Origin: an uncultured virus (IMG/VR IMGVR_UViG_3300001242_000018)
Taxonomy: Duplodnaviria > Heunggongvirae > Uroviricota > Caudoviricetes
Strand: one strand, 5' to 3'
DNA length: 64,000 bases
IMG/VR virus record: IMGVR_UViG_3300001242_000018
Coordinates: 1-64,000 of that record
Of the stretch, positions 56,501 to 64,000 are shown in pieces (within the stretch, counting starts at the first letter, position 1; every line of letters begins with the position of its first letter). The notes below the pieces were generated by a model. That model saw only the letters and a program-made list of their open reading frames with translations. It was not told the origin of the DNA and did no database searches. The position numbers and the translations under genes were made by a program.

Positions 56501-57171
56501 CTCCTGTATTAATACCTTTTCGTACCTTAAAGAACTTTGATGGAAATGCTATAAGTATAATCACAGGACTTCTTACTAATAACTCAAGTCATTATATCAC
56601 AGGAATATTGGAATCTGGAGATTTAGATAAACTGTTCACTATTGATATTCCAAAGAGCTTTACAGGACTTAAATCGGAAATAGTCTGTAATTTCTTAATA
56701 AGTAAATCGAGTTATACCGAACCAGATGTTGATGATATCTTATATATACAAGATTTGCCTAAAGAACAGGTAAAGAGCGATACTATCTATTATGACAAAG
56801 AAGAACAGTTTGCAATGCTCAATATTATTGATAATCGTGAAGATACAGAATTTATAGTTATGACAAATGACTATAATAGAATTGACACAAGACAAGCCGT
56901 TGCTATTCAAGATATTGTGGCCGATTATCAAGAGATCGATGGTATACAAATTAGATTCTTATTAAGCTTTAATAATCGAGAAACCTGGTACATTTACGAC
57001 CACGATACTAGTTCTTGGATACAGAAGGGTATAGATAACATTCACAATACAGGAATGACATTCTGGCAACTTAAATCCATACCGCGAGATGCTTGGCATA
57101 AAGCTTTAACTAACTGGTTAAATGTTTGTGTAGGATTTAAAACCTTTAGTGACAACTGGATTTACGGATAG
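53587..57171 (+). CDS. Receptor-binding/tail fibre protein: LamG-like domain, glycine-rich domain and repeated SFDN...W modules
   Basis: FTLEAWVQT...YINGV...ARIYNRVLSQEE (LamG_3-like). YRLEVWGAEGG...GGGGGATDIR...RIIIAGGGGG (Gly_rich_2-like). Confidence 0.72.
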   Translation: MAKDSLQFNIYDKESFVIPNIDGIDFLVDAVTLHKTVHEYVKDGLLIDLIAARATEDDKHGSNPLSTWINLAASGDWKLTELSDFNFISDGWIGDGTNANPYALLFNGINSKCTLSYNPVYDTFTLEAWVQTDQLHQIDNEINTGSSPGLDGQKYLFYPSKYIDTRVGAGVSIGSNGVSVYEYGDAHFPAVAVYSGEVTGITHVIVEYIDRQPFIYINGVLVRIGLKSNMTRVWSPIIMGAGPYGAFDGCVIMARIYNRVLSQEEKQINYQAGFVLFSYPIIPYHITTGDNQIDCSEVKKILNIMAVQIEPEGTLLRYLVSFDNKGSWLTYNTVWQEASLDDIDRVGMTADELNTVDWNYFQPGVHGNLNIAVALATIDISITPSVSKLLIEYVGNLLGVITRTTIACYINNVSEVTFTHPSDEVENIPTIVSSGAAIDTIAGTISNTCRINGIKERMDNSINIPILSRAGALIASHLVGVYKSSHNNEEDKIDFLIINDLISIDPVIPKLSGNVLEYLKGLHIPSYYSTKPLDLICETVDIETLKSIQILDKTPSIFTSICSDRPINITVTTDDYTRIDTSNIVTIKDINKDYYSNGNERFLFSFDNRNTWYSYDYSTNQWVIVSLDDIQEKGMTFWQVSSIPEETWSTKLSEWLDMAIRLIAYPSDSNETIYDFTYTGNYITWIAPFTGDYRLEVWGAEGGLPGGSSITGGLGGYTKGTITLTQGDILYICIGGYPGRAKAGGWNGGGNGGTDTSSSVRYGGGGGGATDIRVGDTSLSNRIIIAGGGGGGGEYGNSRYGAGGEIQAQSGAGQLTTNPARTGAGYQWSWGGGGGSQTQGGVGAGTYVKGGNGTLYQGGAGDTGCCSGSGGGGGGYYGGAAGGNDSPHGSGYSANGGGGSSYTDGVSDGTMQIGVQAGNGKARITLLNTTMYTVNGFTFRTIVNKFDVYQIPMLTGFKLDIPIHEVLEEKDSPVLIPFRTLKNFDGNAISIITGLLTNNSSHYITGILESGDLDKLFTIDIPKSFTGLKSEIVCNFLISKSSYTEPDVDDILYIQDLPKEQVKSDTIYYDKEEQFAMLNIIDNREDTEFIVMTNDYNRIDTRQAVAIQDIVADYQEIDGIQIRFLLSFNNRETWYIYDHDTSSWIQKGIDNIHNTGMTFWQLKSIPRDAWHKALTNWLNVCVGFKTFSDNWIYG

Positions 57172-57179
57172 GAGGTAGT

Positions 57180-58925
57180 GTGGTGGATTTACAAGTATTT
57201 AATTTTAACTATACCGGTAGTCAACAAGAAGTAACACTACCTCCCGGTATATATAAGCTTGAAACATGGGGCGCTCAGGGTGGTAATAATGGAGCTCCCG
57301 GTGGTTACGCCTCTGGTATTTTAAACTTAGGGGATACTGAAACTCTTTATATATATATTGGAGGAATAGGAGCTCCTAATTCTACTGGTTGGAATGGAGG
57401 CGGTTTTGCTAGTCCTTATGGCGGCGGCGGTGGTGGTACCGATATACGAAGAGGAGGACAAACTCTTAATGACCGTATCCTGGTTGCTGGCGGCGGAGCT
57501 GGACACTCTCATACAGCTCAAGGTGGCGCTGGTGGTGGATTAATTGGTATTGGTGGAACTACTGGCAGTGGAGGTACACAAACACAAGGAGGTAGTTCAG
57601 GAGGAGTAAGTGGAACATATGGTAGCTTTGGTTACGGTAGTAATGGAATAAGTCATGGTTCTGGTGGCGGAGGTGGATGGTACGGTGGCGGAGGTGGATA
57701 TACTTGAGGTAGTTCCGGTGGAGGAGGTTCCTCCTATTATGGTGGAGTTCTAAACGGTATCACTACCCCTGGAATTCGTACTGGATATGGTAAGGTTGCT
57801 ATAACTTTACTTGCCTTACTGGGTATAGAAGAAGCTGTTGAAACTGCGGTATTTAATAGTTCTGGTAATTATCAGACCTTTATTGTACCAACTACAGGAA
57901 TTTATCAATTAGATCTTTTCGGTGCTGTAGGTGGTGCTTATTCTTACCCTGGTGGTTCTGGTAGTCATGTTCGTGGTCAAATGTTATTAGATTCCGGTCA
58001 AGAGTTATATATATTTGTCGGCGGGGATGGAACGGGCTTTATTGGCGAAGGTGGAGGATGGAATGGCGGTGGTAATGCCGGGCCGCTAGGGCCTGGTGCA
58101 GGTGGTGGCGGTGCTACCGATATTAGAAGAGGCGGTATAGAATTAGAAAATAGAATTATCGTTGCTGGTGGCGGTGGCGGCGGTGGGAATTTAAGCGCCG
58201 GTAGTTCCGGTGGAGAAACTTTGCATTTAACTACAATATTAGGCAATGGTCAAAACCATCCAGAGATTGGCGGTGGTGGCGGTGGTGGCTACTACGGTGG
58301 TATGGCCGGTGATATAAATAGGGGCGGATATGGCGGTTCTTCGTATGCTGGTAATTTACGTAACCCTATTATTAATACAAATATATGGTATAATGCAGGT
58401 TTGGTTATTATATCAAGATTGCCTACGTATACCTCGTTTATAAATTCATTAACGTTTAAGACTATCGTTAGTTCTTTCGAAATTATTAAGCTGACCTTCT
58501 TAATGGGCGATTTAAAATCTAGTAAGCCCGTCGATATAGAAATAGAAATACTATCATCCGATAGACAAGAGACTATACCTGAAGAGCAAATCGATACTGA
58601 AAAACTATATTGTATTGATAGTCAACAAATTACGATAACTGATGATAATAACCGAATTGATACAAGCGATACTATTACGATTGAAGATATAGAGATTGAC
58701 CCTAATCAGTTATACGATATTAAGATCTTATTAAGTTTTGACAATAGAAATACCTGGTTAGCTTATGATCATAATAGTCATACTTGGATAGAATATAATA
58801 CTAACGATGTTAGTATATATGGCATGGCCTTCTGGCAACTTAAATCTATACCAGAAGAAGTCTGGAGTGAGAAACTTTCTATCTGGTTAAATCTTTGTAT
58901 ATGGGTTCAGACAGGAGATGTATAG
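57180..58925 (+). CDS. Double glycine-rich domain tail protein with an in-frame TGA at codon 176 (candidate selenoprotein), 581 aa
   Basis: ORFs 57180..57707 and 57981..58925 are one frame. The 91 codons after TGA 57705-57707 (GSSGGGGSSYYGGVLNGITTPGIRTGYGKVAIT...YQLDLFGAVGG...) complete domain 1 and begin domain 2 without another stop. Confidence 0.82.
57715..57742 (+). promoter_or_regulatory. SECIS-like hairpin in the glycine-rich gene
   Basis: GGAGGA-GGT-TCCTCC core (57720-57734), extendable by CCGGT pairing with ATT and GG across bulges. Loop (A)GGU(U) lies about 18 nt after the TGA. Confidence 0.55.
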
Positions 58926-58927
58926 TA

Positions 58928-60781
58928 ATGATCGATATATACGTTAACTCCATAACCGGTAGCGATAGTAACGATGGTTCTATTGGACATCCTTATCTGA
59001 CAATAAACAAAGCATGGTCTATGGCAGATCCTATAGAAAGTACTATCCATCTTGCCATAGGAGTTTATACCCTTACTCAACTTGCCTATTCCGCCTATAA
59101 TATTACAATTGTAGGTGAAGGAATTAATACTATTCTAATCTTTGATCCAGGCTATAAACGCTGTACCGGCGGATGGGGTTACTTTGACTTTAACAGCAAT
59201 TGCAAATTTAGTAATCTTATATTCGAAACCAGAGGAACAGAATCCTATGCTAACTACTTCTATCTAGGTAATGATAGTAAGATAGAATTCGATTTTGTTG
59301 TCTTTAGAAACTTCTTCAATATTGTTTATTCCGATTTTATTATCATAAGCGGATGGTTACGATTTACTAACTGTTTATTCGACTTAATGGTAAATACAAT
59401 AGAATGTTTTAATCCGTACGATATTAATCGTATAGTTTTTAAGAATTGCTATGGTGATATTAAACTAGTAGCTCCTTCTAGTCCTTCGGTTTTTATGGAG
59501 AATACGGTAATTACTTCGACTCCTAAATTCGATGCTACGTATCACATACTTGAAACCGTTGACTATAAGATAGGGATATATTTTAATCAGAACTTTATCA
59601 TGAGTAAACTAGATTTATCTAATGGTAACGGAGGTCGTAGCGGGGAACGGACTTATATAGCACCAAATGGTGTTACGGTAAATAGTACAGCAAGAGTATG
59701 GATAAATAATGGTTTTTATTATATGGGGAATATGTTTAATGGCAGTATTCTTTCCTATAGTGATGGATATCATTACTGGCTTAGTGAAGGGGCCGCAACA
59801 TTAACTTTCGATTTCGGAGCAATAATAAACTGGTTAAGATATAACCCTATAAAAACTATTGTTATATATCCAAAGGCGAGAGACGAAGCTTCATCGAACT
59901 ATCAGATATCTGTTTCGGAAGACGGTATCAATTGGACTATTATTGTACCATGGGTCATATACAATAATCCTCCATACGGAATGGGATTCTCATACGAAAT
60001 TAATACGAGTAAACGTTATCTCAGAATTCAACTAAGCCAGAATGGTAACTGGGGATCTATTTTAGACGAGATAGAGTTTTATACAAAGCGCATATATCTA
60101 CAGATTACCTTTAAGAAACGTATTAAAACCTCCAAAGGATATCTTTCAGACATTCTTTGCGGGAATTTATCTAAAGTCGTCATGGATATTACATCTGTAG
60201 TAGAAAATCTTAACAATATTATACAGACAGGTGGTAACCTAGCTTTTGATGGTATGATAACTCCTGGCTTACTACTCGGAGATTGGCAACCTATCTGTAA
60301 AGTAATAACCCAGTTATTACTGGAAAGTGCCAGTATAATTGATTTACCGGTTAATGATATACTTTTACCAGGTCTTAAACTATCAGTATTAACTAGCGGT
60401 AAACTTCAATATATAGCTGGTATGTCGTGTGATGATTGGCTAGATGGTGATATACAGTTACCCAGTTTCGAGAAGTACGAGTATACAGGCCTTATCGAGA
60501 CAATAATCTTTGGAGATCTTAAACCTAATGATTATACCGATGATGTTATTGAGGAAGTACACGAGGAGATAATCATACCTTATAGTCATTACCTATCTGA
60601 AGGTACTATACTAGATCTAGTAATAGGTACTACCATAGAAGATCCATGTATAGGTATTGTTGAAGAGGATGTATATTCAGACAAGGTACCTAATTATAAA
60701 CGAGATATCTTTGGTAATGTACAGAGAATGCTTGCCGGTAGACGAGCGAGATACACTTCGTTAATAATAGCCTGGTTATAG
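58928..60781 (+). CDS. Tail spike-like protein: DUF1565/pectin-lyase-like beta-helix plus discoidin (F5/8 C)-like domain
   Basis: IYVNSITGSDSNDGSIGHPYLTINKA...IHLAIGVY, and LTFDFG...YQISVSEDGINWT...RYLRI...LDEIEFY. ATG 58928 follows AGGAG. Confidence 0.7.
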   Translation: MIDIYVNSITGSDSNDGSIGHPYLTINKAWSMADPIESTIHLAIGVYTLTQLAYSAYNITIVGEGINTILIFDPGYKRCTGGWGYFDFNSNCKFSNLIFETRGTESYANYFYLGNDSKIEFDFVVFRNFFNIVYSDFIIISGWLRFTNCLFDLMVNTIECFNPYDINRIVFKNCYGDIKLVAPSSPSVFMENTVITSTPKFDATYHILETVDYKIGIYFNQNFIMSKLDLSNGNGGRSGERTYIAPNGVTVNSTARVWINNGFYYMGNMFNGSILSYSDGYHYWLSEGAATLTFDFGAIINWLRYNPIKTIVIYPKARDEASSNYQISVSEDGINWTIIVPWVIYNNPPYGMGFSYEINTSKRYLRIQLSQNGNWGSILDEIEFYTKRIYLQITFKKRIKTSKGYLSDILCGNLSKVVMDITSVVENLNNIIQTGGNLAFDGMITPGLLLGDWQPICKVITQLLLESASIIDLPVNDILLPGLKLSVLTSGKLQYIAGMSCDDWLDGDIQLPSFEKYEYTGLIETIIFGDLKPNDYTDDVIEEVHEEIIIPYSHYLSEGTILDLVIGTTIEDPCIGIVEEDVYSDKVPNYKRDIFGNVQRMLAGRRARYTSLIIAWL

Positions 60782-60847
60782 TCAATTACTACCCGATTAG
60801 TGGTAGTATCTTTATAAATAGAGACAAAGCGAATATTACTATTTATT

Positions 60848-60869
60848 ACAGTCCATTATAATGGACTGT
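60848..60869. promoter_or_regulatory. Perfect 22-bp palindrome in the largest intergenic gap (terminator or operator)
   Basis: ACAGTCCATTATAATGGACTGT is self-complementary, contains TATAAT and is followed by TTCT. Confidence 0.65.
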
Positions 60870-60889
60870 TTCTATATGGGGGTCTTTAT

Positions 60890-62017
60890 ATGGCAGAGAG
60901 ATTTGCTAAAGCTACTTCGAATATCGTGGGAAAACTTCCCTACTGGTGGAAGATTAAAAAGAAACCTCAAGAATCTATTGGCGCCTACTTCTTAAACATT
61001 GTAGGCATGGAAATCGACGAAGCTGAATACGTTTTAAATTACGCATTGAGGCAAATTCATGTCTTGACGGCAGATATAGGCCAGGCCGATATTTGTTACA
61101 GAACTACATTGCCGGCATCATTAAATAAAGATTTCTTGATCACAATAGCATCGGTAGATGCTATTCAACTCGAACCCGCTAAGACTTTAGATGAGTTCTT
61201 CTCAGGATTTAGTACAGAATCTACATTTACACCAGAGTTATTACTTCAGAATACCTATTACATCGATTGGGAAACTAAGATTATATACACCAGACATACT
61301 TACAATATAGATGATAACCATCCAGAAGGACAAGTACAGATTGCTATATACTCGCAAAACGGTGAAAGACTAGCTAATGAAAACCTAAAACTTTCTCTTC
61401 ATCACGTATGGAACTTCTTTGACGAATTTGGTTTACTCTTATCCTGTCCTCGTATTTACGGGGAAAGGAATGCCTCTTATAAAGAACGTATTCTAGATGT
61501 GATGAGGTTTCCTGGAAGTGCTAATAAATATGGAATGATTAACGGATTAGCCAGGGAATTACTTTTAAAGTATAAGGAAGTGTGGCATAATGGCGGCAAA
61601 GATTTAATACTCCGTCGCCCGTATTTAGCAGAGCATACTATAATGATTGACGACCGGTTAATAGAATCTTACGAATATGAAATAGATTCTGGAGGTCGAG
61701 TAATACTTCTTGGAGATCCATTATTTGAAGGATATAAAAGAGTAGTTACTTATGCAGCAGGTATAGACTTAAGGTTATTCTGGGATATGTCTGATAGAGA
61801 GTTTATGAATGAGCTATTCATACCAGATGGCGATGCTACTAAAAGACTTCGTTATTACGTGCAGCTTGTGAAAGATCGAGTTCCCATAGAATGGGGACAA
61901 TTCAGGTGGAACCAGGGAGTATGGGATTCTTTCGATCCGAGTAATTCTGGAACTGCCTGTATACCTAGCTTTTGTGATGGTTCTGTTAAGGGTTGGGAGA
62001 ATTACGGGGGTGAATAA
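60890..62017 (+). CDS. Baseplate wedge-like structural protein
   Basis: WNFFDEFGLLLSCPRIYGERNASYKERILDV resembles the LD..G...R..E....YR.RI wedge motif. Confidence 0.55.
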   Translation: MAERFAKATSNIVGKLPYWWKIKKKPQESIGAYFLNIVGMEIDEAEYVLNYALRQIHVLTADIGQADICYRTTLPASLNKDFLITIASVDAIQLEPAKTLDEFFSGFSTESTFTPELLLQNTYYIDWETKIIYTRHTYNIDDNHPEGQVQIAIYSQNGERLANENLKLSLHHVWNFFDEFGLLLSCPRIYGERNASYKERILDVMRFPGSANKYGMINGLARELLLKYKEVWHNGGKDLILRRPYLAEHTIMIDDRLIESYEYEIDSGGRVILLGDPLFEGYKRVVTYAAGIDLRLFWDMSDREFMNELFIPDGDATKRLRYYVQLVKDRVPIEWGQFRWNQGVWDSFDPSNSGTACIPSFCDGSVKGWENYGGE

Positions 62018-62020
62018 TAA

Positions 62021-64000
62021 GTGAACTACTTCGTAGCTCATATATATGCCGAAATTACACCCGGGAGTATTTACATTACCGTAGAGCTACCTGCGCAGGT
62101 AGATAATACGGTAACAGAATTATCTAAGATTAAGCTTAGTAATTTAACCGTAGGTGAACTTTTAAAACCGGCTATAGATGAATTTGCCACTAAGCATAAA
62201 CTAAATGCTGAAAACATTAATGTTAATCAATATTACATCCATTTGACCGATAGTATGGTACCTGTCGCGGTCTGTTTTTCTGATGGACAAATAGCAACAG
62301 CTAAAAGTAACGAGTATATTTATGGATACTACACTCCTATTGTCGCACCGCCTCTCGCGCCGGCAAACTTTACCGGAGTGCTGCTACCGGATTATAGCGG
62401 TGTTAGGTGGACATGGTCTGATATATTAAACGAGCAAAAGTATTGTATCCTAGATGAGAATAATACGATATTAAAGGAACTTCCCAAGAATAGTAGCGAG
62501 TGGATAGAACCGGTGACTTGTAATGGACGGACGATTAAAAGAAAAGTTGCCGGGTATAATTCTGCCGGTATGGGAATTGCCAGTACTTTTGCTGATATAA
62601 CATTACCTTCTATATCAGATAGCTCTCCTTACGGTTTAAAGGGACGTTGTCTTAGTTTATCGGGTATTCTGTGGAGTTGGAATTACACGGGCCCTAAAGG
62701 TCACTACAACTTATATGATGGTATAACCGACGAATTGTTAAAATCATTTGATAGCGATAATTGTAGTTGTACAGAGATAGAACTCGTGCCAGGTATTTAT
62801 AGCAGAAGGTTAAGAGTGGTTACGGATGAGCAGACAAGTGAATTTACTAATGAGGCAGTCGTAGTTATTCCTGATACTGTACATGAATTAAAGCCAAGTA
62901 AGCCAAGTCTTAACGGGTCTGCATCCGGGCCTAACTCCATTGTTTATCAATGGATTGATAATGGTAATGTAGATGAATTTTATATTTGTGATGAAGATGG
63001 CACAATACTTCATAATATACCTGGCGGCGTTGGGTATTTCAGCGAAGAGAATCTTGATACCGATATTACTTATAGAAGACGTCTCCAGGCTTATAACGAG
63101 TTCGGAGTAAGTGAACTATCGGATATCGTATTTATCCAATTAGTATCTATGACATTTAAACCAATTGTTGAGTGTCCAATTGAACATAATGCTCACTATA
63201 TACCACAAGGACGTATTAAAGCTTTCAAAAGTGGTGTAGGTGATGGTCTTGATCTATTTGTAAAGGGAATTCTTACAAAGGCTAATAGTGCCCCTATTAT
63301 TGATACGATGGAGCAATATCTCTCTGACGAAGCTCAGTTACCTGTATCCGCTATGGCAAGTAGTACTGATTGGTATGTAACAGATTCGTGGGTTAAGCAA
63401 TATGTTGATAATCTTGGTCACAACTGTATCTCTAGTTATACAGCATTTGAAATTGTATTAGATGTAGAAAGAAAAGTATTAAAAGGGTTTAATTATTACC
63501 CTGTTAAAATACTACCTTATCAGTTTTACACACAAGGTAATTATTATAATTACGACCCCGGTCAGCTCAAACTAATACTAAAGGCAATACCGGAAGCACG
63601 AGCTGTCATAGATGTTTGTGGTCAAGTTACTGATAAAATATCTGCTAATATTAAAGTAACTTCCGACGTTTTCTATCAGAGTTGTGATTCAAGTGATATT
63701 GATTATACTGTCAATATTAACTTTGATAGTATAGGTGTCCAAAGAATTGTCGATGATGTATTAGCAAGTGGGATAAATTGGGAAATGATAGTAGATGATT
63801 TCGCTCTTGTCTCATATACCTTAAAGGTAGATACGGGTAATAAAAGTTACGAGATTACCGACAGAGAAGGGATTATGTATTTATGGCTGCCTACTATTAC
63901 AGGTACGCCACAAATAGCTCATGTTCAAATTGGTAATGACTTATATATTAATTTAACACTTGGTGAAATTCTGTCGCGTTATATCGATCATGGCGGTACC
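62021..64000 (+). CDS. FN3-like repeat protein, truncated by the window end (absent from the ORF track)
   Basis: GTG 62021 follows GGGGTG. The frame reads VNYFVAHIYAEITPG... with three FN3-like units (PLAPANFTG..VRWTWSD; PYGLKG..ILWSWNY; PSKPSLNG..IVYQWID..AYNEFGVSE). Confidence 0.7.
   Translation, partial: MNYFVAHIYAEITPGSIYITVELPAQVDNTVTELSKIKLSNLTVGELLKPAIDEFATKHKLNAENINVNQYYIHLTDSMVPVAVCFSDGQIATAKSNEYIYGYYTPIVAPPLAPANFTGVLLPDYSGVRWTWSDILNEQKYCILDENNTILKELPKNSSEWIEPVTCNGRTIKRKVAGYNSAGMGIASTFADITLPSISDSSPYGLKGRCLSLSGILWSWNYTGPKGHYNLYDGITDELLKSFDSDNCSCTEIELVPGIYSRRLRVVTDEQTSEFTNEAVVVIPDTVHELKPSKPSLNGSASGPNSIVYQWIDNGNVDEFYICDEDGTILHNIPGGVGYFSEENLDTDITYRRRLQAYNEFGVSELSDIVFIQLVSMTFKPIVECPIEHNAHYIPQGRIKAFKSGVGDGLDLFVKGILTKANSAPIIDTMEQYLSDEAQLPVSAMASSTDWYVTDSWVKQYVDNLGHNCISSYTAFEIVLDVERKVLKGFNYYPVKILPYQFYTQGNYYNYDPGQLKLILKAIPEARAVIDVCGQVTDKISANIKVTSDVFYQSCDSSDIDYTVNINFDSIGVQRIVDDVLASGINWEMIVDDFALVSYTLKVDTGNKSYEITDREGIMYLWLPTITGTPQIAHVQIGNDLYINLTLGEILSRYIDHGGT

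Noticed and set aside
55680..58350. GGY-rich stretches as CRISPR, microsatellite or DGR repeats
   Set aside because: They are explained by polyglycine coding. There is no repeat-spacer periodicity, no adenine-specific TR/VR pair and no reverse transcriptase in the window.
57981..58925. 314-aa ORF as a standalone gene, with 57180..57707 as a separate gene or pseudogene
   Set aside because: The start lies mid-domain, the intervening 91 codons are open and domain-like, and no other decay is visible. A nonsense mutation is not excluded but is less parsimonious given the PAAR case.
2097..62041. Many short minus-strand and alternate-frame ORFs in the track
   Set aside because: All overlap long, motif-bearing + strand genes and show no recognisable domains. 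They are treated as shadow ORFs.
1..64000. Genome-wide TGA reassignment (code 4 or 25)
   Set aside because: Only two internal TGAs were found in about 20,000 codons, TGG and GGN codons are used normally, and four genes appear to end at TGA. Site-specific recoding fits better.
1..64000. Extracellular contractile injection system or tailocin rather than phage
   Set aside because: Prohead protease, HK97-type capsid and neck genes are present.

Overview
The window is one co-oriented (+ strand) virion morphogenesis operon of a large contractile-tailed (myovirus-type) phage. An AT-rich sequence, strong GGAGG Shine-Dalgarno (SD) sites and Gram-positive-type cell-wall domains point to a Bacillota/Clostridia-like host (inference). 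Gene order: probable portal C-terminus, prohead protease/scaffold, head proteins and major capsid, accessory virion proteins, neck, two sheath paralogues, three tube paralogues, two chaperones, two giant tape-measure-position proteins (one with an intact subtilisin S8 domain, one with a split DEDDh exonuclease), a hub with four peptidoglycan hydrolase domains, split spike, PAAR, baseplate, and fibre/receptor-binding genes. Main finding: two structural genes, the PAAR spike tip (46636-46977) and a glycine-rich tail protein (57180-58925), are each interrupted by one in-frame TGA. Each TGA is followed by a hairpin with a GU-containing apical loop 15-18 nt downstream, the geometry of a bacterial SECIS. 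This suggests phage virion selenoproteins, or another programmed UGA recoding. No tRNA, sel gene, CRISPR array or integrase was seen. All product calls come from motifs and synteny read by eye, not from database searches.
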